NCBI GenBank assembly: GCA_053919585.1 | Contig: JBSSHM010000070.1 | DNA: 64,000 nt | DNA from: Euprymna scolopes | Taxonomy: Eukaryota | Strand: one strand, 5' to 3' | In this document: positions 42,691 to 54,438 of the stretch, one piece after another | Position numbering within the stretch: the stretch's first letter is position 1 | Layout of the letters: every line of letters begins with the position of its first letter | Translations under genes and position numbers: made by a program | The notes under the pieces: generated by a model | The model's database searches: none | What the model was told of the DNA's origin: nothing | What the model saw: the letters and a program-made list of their open reading frames with translations, nothing else

Positions 42691-43676
42691 AAGAATTATA
42701 TAACTTGGAATAATTTTCGCTGTATACCACTATCAGCCGGTCAGTGAGGTGTGACAGACAGACGTGTTATAGTAAATGTCTTAAAGCGGTCTCATGAAGA
42801 TATGAAGATGGACCAGTAATTAGAGCCTGTGTAGCAAGAAAAAAATCATACCTGAGATGTTGGATCTGGGTGTGGCTCCTTTCTTTTCTCAAGATGATCT
42901 CTTCACCCTGGTGGCATTCTGGTGGGAATCTTCCTCTCTTTGTCCTCAGGGCCGCCTTTCGACTTCAGACATTTATGAAGGCATTCATGGCAGACACAAG
43001 AAAAACGACATGCGACACAATTGTAATATACATAAGGTATAACTAACTATTTTATTTTACAAAATATATGTTACAATAGATATTACAATTGATTTTACAA
43101 TTAAAACTGGACAATATGCTTTTCAAAGCTAACTGCCCTAACTAGTGTTGAGGGAGGGGGTGCCCCCCTCATTTACGGAGAGACAGAATATGCCTCCTCG
43201 CATCATGGTGGTCGTGCAGGAAAGAGACAGAAAATAGCTAGGGAATTATGGGAAGGGGGGTTCTTTGTATCTCTACGCTCATGACCAAATTACCTCTGGT
43301 CCATGCTGCAGAGTGTGTTAGAAACAGTGGCACAAAGAAATAGTGCCACATCCCTCCCTATGCAATCCGAAATTTATGAGTATTCATAAATTTCAGAAGT
43401 CCCTAATTTTCCGTGACTGGTGCGTCAACCGGTCGTCAGCAATCAATGTCTCCATGCTCTACGTTCCATCAGAGCCTCAGTAAAGCAAGTTATTTTTCAA
43501 CCAGGCTCCTGGTAGACTGGTATACTGCTTCAAATACCAGAGAGGGTAATCATCCTCGCCATCCATCGAGGCAATGACCTCATAATTTCAGTTACTGGAT
43601 TTACACTTTCTTAAGCAACCAGTATAATATTTTTTAACAAAGACGGATTTTACGTGACGTATATGTATTTCGTTAA

Positions 43677-45378
43677 GTCGCATTTTACGTGAGTTTATCA
43701 CGCCGACCTATACGTATTTGACTAAGCCGGATTCTACGTGGGTTTATCACGCCGACCTATATGTATTTGATTAATCGGATTCTACGTGAGTTTATCACGC
43801 CGACCTATACGTATGTGACTAAGTCGGATTCTACGTGAGTTGATCACGCCGACCTATATGTATTTGATTACATCGGATTCTACGTGAGTATATCACGCCG
43901 ACCTATATGTATTTCATTAAGTCGGATTTTACGTGAGTTTATCATGCCGACCTATACGTATTTGACTAAGCCGGATTCTACGTGAGTTTATCACGCCGAC
44001 CTATATGTATTTGATTAAGTCGGATTTTACGTGAGTTTATCATGCCGACCTATACGTATTTGACTAAGCCGGATTCTACGTGAGTTTATCACGCCGACCT
44101 ATACGTATTTGATTAAGTCGGATTCTACGTGAGTTTATCATGCCGACCTATACGTATTTGATTAAGTCGGATTTTACGTGAGTTTATCATGCCGACCTAT
44201 ACGTATTTGATTAAGTCGGATTTTACGTGAGTTTATCATGCCGACCTATACGTATTTGATTAAGCCGGATTCTACGTGAGTTTATCACGCCGACCTATAT
44301 GTATTTGATTAAGTCGGATTTTACGTGAGTTTATCATGCCGACCTATACGTATTTGACTAAGCCGGATTCTACGTGAGTTTATCACGCCGACCTATATGT
44401 ATTTGATTAAGTCGGATTCTACGTGAGTTTATCATGCCGACCTATACGTATTTGATTAAGCCGGATTCTACGTGAGTTTATCACGCCGACCTATATGTAT
44501 TTGATTAAGTCGGATTTTACGTGAGTTTATCATGCCGACCTATACGTATTTGACTAAGCCGGATTCTACGTGAGTTTATCACGCCGACCTATACGTATTT
44601 GATTAAGCCGGATTCTACGTGAGTTTATCACGCCGACCTATATGTATTTGACTAAGTCGGATTCTACGTGAGTTTATCATGCCGACCTATACGTATTTGA
44701 CCAAGCCGGATTCCACGTGAGTTTAGCACGCCGACCTATACGTATTTGATTAAGCCGGATTCTACGTGAGTTTGTCACGTCGACCTATACGTATTTGATT
44801 AAGTCGGATTCTACGTGAGTGTATCATGCCGACCTATACGTATTTGATTAAGCCGGAGTCTACGTGGGTTTATCACGCCGACCTATATATATTTGATTAA
44901 GTCGGATTCTACGTGAGTTTATCACGCCGACCTATATGTATTTGATTAAGTCGGATTGTACGTGAGTTTATCATGCCGACCTATACGCATTTGATTAAGC
45001 CGGATTCTAACTGAGTTTATCACGCCGGCATATATGTATTGTACTAAGCCGGATTCTACGTGAGTTTATCACGCCGACCTATATGCATTTCATTAAGTCG
45101 GATTCTACGTGTGTTTATCATGCCGACCTATACGTATTTGACTAAGCCGAATTCTACGTGAGTTTATCACGCCGACCTATATGTATTTGATTAAATCGGA
45201 TTCTACGTGAGTTTATCACACCGACCTATATGTATTTGACTAAGCCGGATTCTACGTGAGTTTATCACGCCGACCTATATGTATTTGATTAAGTCGGATT
45301 CTACCTGAGTTTATCACGTCGACCTATACGTATTTGACTAAGCCGGATTCTACGTGAGTTGATCACGGCGACATATAC
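43677..45378. repeat. Minisatellite of about 35 copies of a 49-bp unit with an internal bulged hairpin
   Basis: Consensus GYCGGATTYTACGTGAGTTTATCAYGCCGACCTATAYGTATTTGAYTAA. Degenerate related units extend from ~43588 to ~45610. There are no unique spacers. Confidence 0.97.
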
Positions 45379-47236
45379 TTTTTTTTTTAAAGTTTGCATA
45401 ACATTATATCCGTAACTGGATTTACGCTCCCTTCAGCAACCAGTATAATGTATTTTAACCAAGTCGGATTTACGTTACGTAATCACGCCGACCTATATGT
45501 TTTTTTTAAGTTAATACTTCAGTTACTGGACTTACGCTCTTTTCATCAACCGGTATAATGTATTTTAAATAAGTCCGGGTTACGTGACCTCATCACGCCG
45601 ACCTATATGGATTTAGTAAAACCTTGGTCTTCAGAGGTTCTGATCCAATTAAATTCTGTTAGAGCAAGGAGTCTGCCGCCGAGCGACCAATAAAAACTAT
45701 CCACCACGGACTATTTATTAATTCTATAAAGAATTAATTAAGAAGGGCACTCAGCCTTCATGAGTTAGAATACTCAATTAGGGGGGGATTAAAAAAATAA
45801 GTAATTCAGGAACCTGGTATACATTAAATCAATAAAATAGGGTGTTAACATTTTTTCTTAAAGAAAACATTTTCAAAAAATCATTTCAGAGCACCTCGGT
45901 AACAATTAGAATTTGTTTACACAATGCAAACGAATTTCAGTTATCACATTCATAATTAACTTTTTCCCAAATTTCAGGGTACATTTAAAAAGTATGTATT
46001 TTTTCAAAACTTGATTTACAAAAGATCATTAAAATTTAATTCCAAAATTCAAAAATTATTCCAAGCATTTGGTTCATTAATAAAATTAATCTTCCTAAAA
46101 GATCATAGAAAATTCATTTTGAATCAATTTACCCTTCACAATGAGATTCAGAGACATCCCAAAACTTTTTCATTTCGTAATTATTATTTTTAAAATTCAG
46201 TGTACATTTAAAGTTATTTAATTGATTCTTTACAATCATTTCTTCTTATAGACCATGATCAAGGTCATTTCGAATTCAGACAATTTTCACGTTAATTAAC
46301 TATTTTTTTTCAAAGTAATTATTTTATTATTTAAAAGCAACACTTTTCCTAAAGTCACTCACAAGGAGTATTTCGAATTAATAAACTCCCGCCACACCTG
46401 GGAGTCACATTAGTTAACTACCAGTTTTGTATAGTTAACAACTCGAAAAAATTAAAGTTTCAATTAAAGAGAGATCTTTCTAGGCTGAGGAAATATTGTT
46501 TCTTCTTAAGAATTAAGGCAATTTTACGTATATACTCCTCAGTCAATATTTCAGGGACCCCTATCATACGGTCCAATTTAAAAAAAAAAACCTTGATTAA
46601 AGAATTCGCTCGTATAATTCTTCCTTTAAAATCATCTAGAATTCAGGAAATTTCTTTCGTTAGTCAAAAAATATTTCCTTAGAAATTATAAATAATTCAG
46701 AGAATATTCGAAATGCGTAATTTAAAAAAAACTATGAATATTTCAGAGAACTCTTAAAACCTTCACGTAATCATGTAACAGTTGGCTTTTGCAAACACTC
46801 GAAGATTTCAAAAAAGTACTTCAAGTTCTATTTGAATAATTGTTTTCATTTTTATTTTTACTAAAAACCAATTGAAGACATCATTTAATGTAATTTAACG
46901 AAGCATAAATAATTTTGTTCTTTAAACTTGGTAGAAAAATTAAAAAACTCCAAGTTAATTCGTTATTATATGCCCTCCTTTAATCAGCCATAGAGGTTTA
47001 GCTATACAATTATTAAAACGCAAGAGTGGAGATAGATAATGAGGGGGAAAAGAAGGGAATAGAGACAGAGCGATGCCATTACACACCCCACCACCCTCAT
47101 AACATCATTACGTAATAACAAACAAATATTCGACAATTTTAAAAGTCACTCTCTCGTCCTCACAGACTCTAACAGGTAAGGGAATGAGCGAGAGGTCCAT
47201 AGGTATACCTGGACCCATCCTCGTTCTAAATAAGTT

Positions 47237-49950
47237 AATTTGATTGATTACATTATTTCCAGGAAGGCAGCTTTGCGGGACTTCTGTAGTGTGCGTGTTA
47301 TGCGTGGAGCTGAATCCGGCCCAGATCAGTTTCTGGTACACGGAAAGTTGAAAATCTGTATAAGAAGGAAGTGTAGGTTGGGTGGTGTTGCGATTCCCAG
47401 GCGGGTTAATGTTTCATGGCTCGATGATCAAAGTGTACGTGAAAAGCTTATGTAGTTGATTTTGATTATTTTGCTGGGGCATGGCCGAATTTTAAAAAAA
47501 AACAATCTATGAAATAAGCGTAGATGTTCTTGTCTCCCGCAAATCCAAACATCAGTATTCGTTTGATGATAATGATTCTGAAATTACTCAACTCTTAATT
47601 GCTAAAATGAGTTGCACCATAAAATGTTGCCTGTCTTTCATTGAGGTCGAGAGTCCCTCCAATAGTCACTTAAAGCAAACAAGGGTATTCTCCAAAAGCG
47701 ACTCCGACAAATGAAGAATACGTGGTGGGCTAAACTTGCCAACCAAATCCAGATGGTTATTGATTGTAAAGACCTCAGACGCATGTAGCACTTGCTTCAA
47801 AAAGCTTTTGTTCCTCAAACACTATCTATATCTCCCCTACTCTCAAGTGATGGGATTGCCCTTATAAAGGATCCTAAAAACGATTCTTCTTTTGTTGGGC
47901 CGAGCATTATAATGATCTCTTTAACCACCCCTATAATGTTGATGAGGATGACATCAATGAACTTTTAACAGGGCAGGAACTTATCCATGAAATGTCTGTG
48001 TTTCCATCTGAGAATGAAATTAGAGATAGAATCAAGAAAGTGAACGTTGGGAGGGATCGAGAGTTTGATAGTATTCCTGTGGAAGTCCTCTTACATGAGG
48101 GTGATAAACTTCTTCATGAAATTCTTCATGTTATGACTGATGCCTGGAAGGGTGTTCCCGTCCATCAGGATAAAGTTGATGCAATTCTTATATCACTGTA
48201 CAAGCGAAATGGGCACAGGACCGACTGTGAAAGTTATCGTGGGATAAGTTTGTTGGAAGCAGTTTACAAAGTATTTTCCAGAGTTCTACTCAATAGATTG
48301 TTAAAGCATATTTGCCCATCCGTCATTCCAGAAAGCACAAGTGGCTTTCGTCCTGGCAGAGGAACCACGAACATGATCTTCTCTGCTCGGTAGTTGCAGG
48401 AGCGATGTACTGAACACCATGTTCTGCTTTATCAGGTTTTGTGTATTTGATTAAGTCTTTTGATACGGTGAACAGAAGTGTCCTATGGATAATTCTGGGG
48501 AAGTTGTGATGGTCACCTCAGTTTCTACGATTACTCAGGGAGCTACACACCGGAATCCTATCGGAACCAATTCGGTTGACAATGGTGTGAAGTAAGGTTG
48601 TATCCCATCACCTCCACTTTTTCAATGTATTTTGCAACTATGCTATCGTATGCTTTTATGGAATGTTCTCTAGGTGTTTATCTGCGTTTCAGAACCACAG
48701 GTAGGGTTTTTGATCTTCGTCGTTTTCATGCTTCTACAAGGGCATTTCAGCACCTTGTTCGTGAATTGCTTCATGCCGATGACGCCGATTTTGTGGTCCA
48801 TAATGCGAGAGATATGCAGGGTATCATGGATCTGTTTCTGGGCGTATGCCCGTCTTTTGGACTTACTATTAATCTTTAGAAGACTAAGGTCATGTTCACA
48901 CTTCCGTCCGGTAGTTTGTATGTGAAACCAAATATTTTTGTCAACAACCAGAGACTTCCCGTGGTTGACACATTTGTGTCACTTGGGTAGTACTCTCGCC
49001 AGAGATAGAACCCTGGATGCTGAGGTCAACTATAGGATACAGCGTGGCACTAAGGCTTTTGGTGGCTTAGAGAATGTGTGTGGTCTGATAGGTGTATAAC
49101 TATTCATACAAAGATCAGTGTCTATCAATCTTGTATTTTACCATCCCTGCTTTACGCTTCTGAGGTATGGGCAACTTATAGTAGACACAAATAAGTCAGG
49201 GAGAGAGTGCACCAGAAATCTCTGAGACACATTCTGAGCTACAGGTGGAGCACTTGTATAACTGGTATTGATGTTCCCATGCGAGATGACGTACCTAGTA
49301 CCTAGATTATACGCAACCAGGTGAGGTAGACTTGACATCTGGCAAGGATTGACAACGATAGATTGCCAAAGCGTCTGTTCTATCGTGAAATTACACAAGG
49401 AAAGCGTCCACAACATAAACCGAGGAAACGCTTTAAAGAAAAATTCAAAGATAATTTTAAAGCTCTTGGTATTGACTTATTCAGTGTGGAAAGTGATTCC
49501 AATGATCGTAAAAAGTGGCGCTTATTGGTCTACAATGGCTGTGATATTTTTGAGAAGAAAAATATGAGCATGCAAAAATGAAGCGTGATATCCGGACGAA
49601 AAATCTGTCAATATATCAGGTCTGTCGGAGAATTTCATTCAGAGCCACACCTGTGATTTATGCGATAAAATGACTTATCCCGAGCTGGCCTAGCAAGTCA
49701 CAAGCGTTCACATGGATATCAATCTTTCTTTGATGGGGAAAACACTGCAGGGCACAGATGTTCTGTAAATCGAGTTTAGGCCTGAAGCGTCATATGAACG
49801 CCCACAGTAGAGCAGCACCAGTTGGCATCCCTCAATCTCACCTTAAGTATGACCTTTGCAACAGACTCCGTAAGAGCAGGGCTAGTCTTAAAAACCACCG
49901 TAGTTCACTCAGAAAATAGGAATTGGTGCATCTTGATCACATCTCAACAT
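47237..49950 (+). mobile_element. Decayed RTE-clade LINE (end of APE endonuclease, RT, C-terminal zinc fingers)
   Basis: LIDYIISRK..DQFLV (end of EN), CESYRGISLL, GFRPGRGTTNMIFSAR, RELLHADD and RLPKRLFYREITQGKRP. Many stops and frameshifts. Confidence 0.92.
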
Positions 49951-50099
49951 GTATATATGTATGGGTGTGTAATTGTATTTGTGTATATATAATATATCAA
50001 AAATATTTCAAAAATACATGAAAATGAATGAGTAATCACCAATAAAGCCAAGGAAAGATAGTCTTTTTCTTTCAAGAAGTGACAATCACAGTTATATGT

Positions 50100-50405
50100 A
50101 TTTTTTATTATATGTTCACACAAACAAGGCATATTGCCACTTTGTTGTAGGGGACTACTATCAGGGGAACGGACATCAGTAGTACTGTGTAGGGAGTTGG
50201 GCAGCAAGATGTTGCTTCACGTTGCACTTGAACTTATGCATGCCAGTACAGTTGGGGAAGCAGCAACTCGACAGACAATTCCAAAGTTTAGCCTTCTTGG
50301 GGAAGAAACTACTCTAGTAGAAGGCTCTCTTACATCTAGGGATCTCTACTGTGAAGGGGTGGGATTTAGCTTTGAGTTTTCTTTGAGACATACTCGGTTT
50401 TGAGA
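50100..50405 (-). mobile_element. CR1-group LINE 3' fragment
   Basis: Collinear similarity to 24695-24950 (aaacaaggca..tgccacttt..ggggactact; cacttgaactt..cagttggg.aagcag; ctagggatctc.actgt). Confidence 0.8.
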
Positions 50406-51699
50406 AATAATCCCGCTAATGTTCTATTTAATGAGAAAAAAACTTAAAAATTAAAACAAAGTCGAGGTCAGTAAATGCTTATTTATTGTGTTCTTGATTA
50501 CATATAATTAAATATAATAATTGTATTTCTGAATACCAAGTTTACTTTGTTGGCCAAAAATTACTTTTCGGATGTTTGCCATTACAATATTGCATCAAGT
50601 TTCTTAAAAGTTCATAAATACACCATTTCATTCAAACATTCTTCCCATAGGTGTGGTCTGTCGTTTATTCTCGTGTCTAAGATTATTGCCATAATGAATT
50701 TATTTTTTTGTTAAAAATGATTATTTTTATGTTTTCTATTTAAATTGTATGAATTATTCATACGCTTTTCTAATACTTTTCCTTTGTTGTGTTGTTTGAT
50801 ATCTTTTTAAAGTTATATTTGTTATAAGGTTAATGAATTATTTTCAATCTTACTTAAAGGAATTAATTTTAAACAACGAAATACATCCTCAGAATCAAAT
50901 ATCGGTTTATATAAAATCCCAAGAGGCTTATATAAAGTTTAGCAAACGTGTGGCAGTAAAGTCAGACAGAATACAGAACTATATGTAGAAGATAGTGTAA
51001 TGTATGCAGAAAACAAATTAGTTAAATTGACATGTATTCGGATTCTGTCGAGAATGTCTCAGAGATATGGGTGTGAAGATTGCTATAATCAGTTATTAAC
51101 CGCAAAATCTTTAAGTGGATTATGTAAAAGCCCAATCAAGCCTAAAATAAAAGTTCCCGCTTGATGTGTGCAATGTTTATAAAGACGGAACTGTGGAGAT
51201 TTGTCAGCTGTGACGGCATTTCCATGTTTAAGCTGTAATTGTAGCAAGATACGAAAATAGATATACTGAGAGAAGAAAATAAGAAAACACAATTATATAA
51301 ATAAAAAAAGGAAAAGTATTAGGCGTGTCAATAGATAGTACTACTATAGCAGATAAAGAAACACATAAAAGACTTGCAACACGGATTAGGAAAACGCCCG
51401 TTTGTACGAACCCCAGCGAAACAAAGAACATCAAAAGTGCCCTGAATTGTTAATATAGCACCGGACTTACTACTTAGATATAAATAAGTCACTTGTACCC
51501 ATTCCCCTCCTCCCCCTTCTTTTAATTTTCAAATGGAGAGTATATAATACAGTGGATGTGTTATCGGCAGCACCAGTAACTCTTGCTTCTCCAATTTTGT
51601 CATTTAGTCCTCATTCAATGTGTGATTTTTCTGACAAAGGGTGAAGAAAAAGCTGCTTAAGCTCGGTAGTACTTGGTGACCAGTAGTCTGAGAGTTCGG

Positions 51700-54438
51700 A
51701 AATTTCCCGTGTGGCAGAGATATCTCTAGAGAAGATCCTAATTTACCCTATATATGCTTCCGGGTTGCACTTGCTAACACCACTGCATTTATATTTGCCT
51801 TCTATAGGCCCCACAACACCGGAGTTACTATCTTTAAGAGCATATCTGAGAAAATAGACCATATACTGTCTTCACATCACTCGGTTAAAATCCACATCTG
51901 TGGTGACTTCAACGTCCATGACGTAGAATGGCTGACCCGTACAAAAAAGACGGATGATGGGGGGAAGTGTTGTCATGATTTTGTCCTTGCTTATGACCTC
52001 ACTCAGATTGTTCGCGAGCCCACCCGTGTGCCCGATACACCGGGTCAATATGCTAGCCTCCTAGACCTATTTCTCTCAACTTCCCCTGAGCTATGTTAAT
52101 GTTCCGTTCATTCTCCTCTAGGATCCTCCGACCACTCCGTTTTATCAGTTAAGATAAAAACGAAATATAAGAATCCCCCACACGTACCCCTCCACCGTAA
52201 TGTATACCGATACTTTATGGCTGACTGGGATAGCTTCCGTACATTCATATCTGATTTACCTCTGCACTCCATGTTTAAAAAGGAAGTGTTCTCTATAGTA
52301 TCAGATCTGACCGAATGGTTAAGTGTAGTCATAGACCAATTCATACCATCAAAAAAATTCCAACACACACCTAACAGCCAGCCATGGTTCTCCCCAGAAT
52401 GTGCTGCTGCTATCGCGCACAGAAATCACTTTTTCCATAGCTACCAACGTAATAGATGCACTGAGACTAAAGCTGCTTTCAGGACTGCAGGCAACCACTG
52501 TAAAAGAGTAATAAAAATGCAAGAAAGTTATATGTCCAGTCTGTTAAATCCAAGGTAGCTGATCAGCGGCTTGGTTCCCACCAGTTTTGGCAAATAGGAA
52601 ATAGGATCCTGAACAGAAGTGTGCGTTCTATCCCCAACATTATCAATGGACCAGAGGTCATTTCGTCAGCGTCAGACAAGGCCAAACTATTTGCAAAGAA
52701 ATTTGCAGCTAATTCTACCCTATACGACGAAGGCCATCAACTCCCCATATTTCCTCCTATAACATAGAACAAACAAGGAAACATACAAATATCCATTCAG
52801 GAGGTCGCCAAGCTAAGCAAGAACCTAGATTCCAGTAAAGCAACTGCCCCTGATGGCATCCCAATTATAGTGTTAAAAAGCATCAAACAGAATTTGCTAC
52901 TATACTTACGAAGCTACTAAAGCGCTGCCTTAAAGAGAAGTGCTTTTCGACTCTCTGGATGAAATCATCTGTTTGCCCTGTATTTAAGAATTCAGGTGAT
53001 AAGTCATCTCCCTCTCAGTACAGACCAATAAGTCTCTTGTGTATTATGAGTAAGTTGCTAGAATCCATATTAAATAGAGAAATAGTCAACCACCTCAACA
53101 AGAATAACTTTCTTAGTGACACACAATATGGTTTCCGCTCTGCAAGATCTACCACAGATGTGCTAACGGTTATACCACACAGGATTAGTGAATCTCTTAA
53201 CAAAGGCTTCCTTTCTAGGGCAATTGCTCTTGACATATCAAAGGCCTTCGACAAGGTATGGCATAAGGGTCTACTTCACAAGATTTCCAGCTCCGGTACA
53301 ACTGGAAATGTTTTCTCAGTCATTTAATCATTTCGCTCCGATAGGCTCATAAGAGTAGTTGTAGATGGACGAATATCGGAGGCCTGCAATATAAATGCTG
53401 GAGACCCTCAAGGGTCAATCCTATGCCAAACTCTCTTCCTCATCTACACCAATGACCTCCCTAAACACATACTTAAATCATTCTTTGATATCTATGCTGA
53501 GGACACGACCATCTACGGCAAAACATCAAAGGTTGTAAATGACATAGTTCTCTCTGATTCTCTCTCCTCTGATCTCGAGCGCGTGTTTCAGTGGGGGAAG
53601 ATATGGCTGGTTACGGTTAATGCATCAAAAACCAAACTCCTATCCTTACATCATCAACGCTCTGATCCTCCTCTGGCATCAATTGTGATGGATGGCTCTC
53701 GTCTGGATGAGGCCCCGTGTTTTGACAAGCTTCTGGGTTTGACCTTTACTCCTGATCTGAAATGCAACACGTAAATCAAGTATGTTGCCAAGGTCGCTGG
53801 AAAGATGGTGGGATCCTTCTACCGCTCCGGAAGATATCGCACTACTGATGCAATTCGCTATCTATATAAAAGCCAAGTACGTCCAAGGATTGAATACTGT
53901 TGCCATATCTGGGCAGGAGCTGCAAAAAAACACCTCTCCTGCCTTGACAGAGTACAAAATAGACTTTGTTGCTTAGTGGTTGATGTTCTTTTCTCTACCC
54001 TGCAACCTTTCTCCCACAGAAGAGACATTCTTGTTTTATCGTTATTTCCATGGCAGGTGCTCATCTGAACTCCATTCTCTGGTCCCCCCTCGCCAATTTT
54101 TCACGAAAAACACCCGTCTAGCTGAACCCACTGTGAAAAATTTCCCCCACTCTATATCTGTGCCTAAATCAAAACGCGGATTCTATGAACAAAGCTTCTT
54201 TCTTAGAACTGCACGTCTGTGGAACTCTGTTCCGTTTGCCTGCTTCCCACTGGACTACAACTTGGATGTGTTCAAGTCCAATGTTAACAAATTCCTAATG
54301 AACCGCCCCCTTTAGTAAACACTTCATCAAATCTCCACACTAACGTAATGTACTTTCAATAACCTTTATCCCTGAGTGGCTTCCGGGCCTTGATAAGTGG
54401 TGATCACTGTGTAAAAAAGAAAAAAAAAAGAAAAAAAG
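51700..54438 (+). mobile_element. CR1-group LINE with near-complete decayed ORF2 (APE endonuclease and RT) and a poly(A) tail
   Basis: FYRP..ICGDFNVH..LGSSDH (EN), PWFSPEC, QYRPISLL, QYGFRSARST, ALDISKAFDKVWH, IEYCCHIWAG and SFFLRTARLWN. A-rich tail at 54412-54438. Confidence 0.95.

Noticed and set aside
43677-45378. CRISPR array
   Set aside because: The units are head-to-tail with no unique spacers, there are no cas genes, and the context is eukaryotic.
42765-47120. Giant solo LTR bounded by TGTTAT..ATAACA
   Set aside because: The flanks (GACG versus AACA) do not form a TSD.
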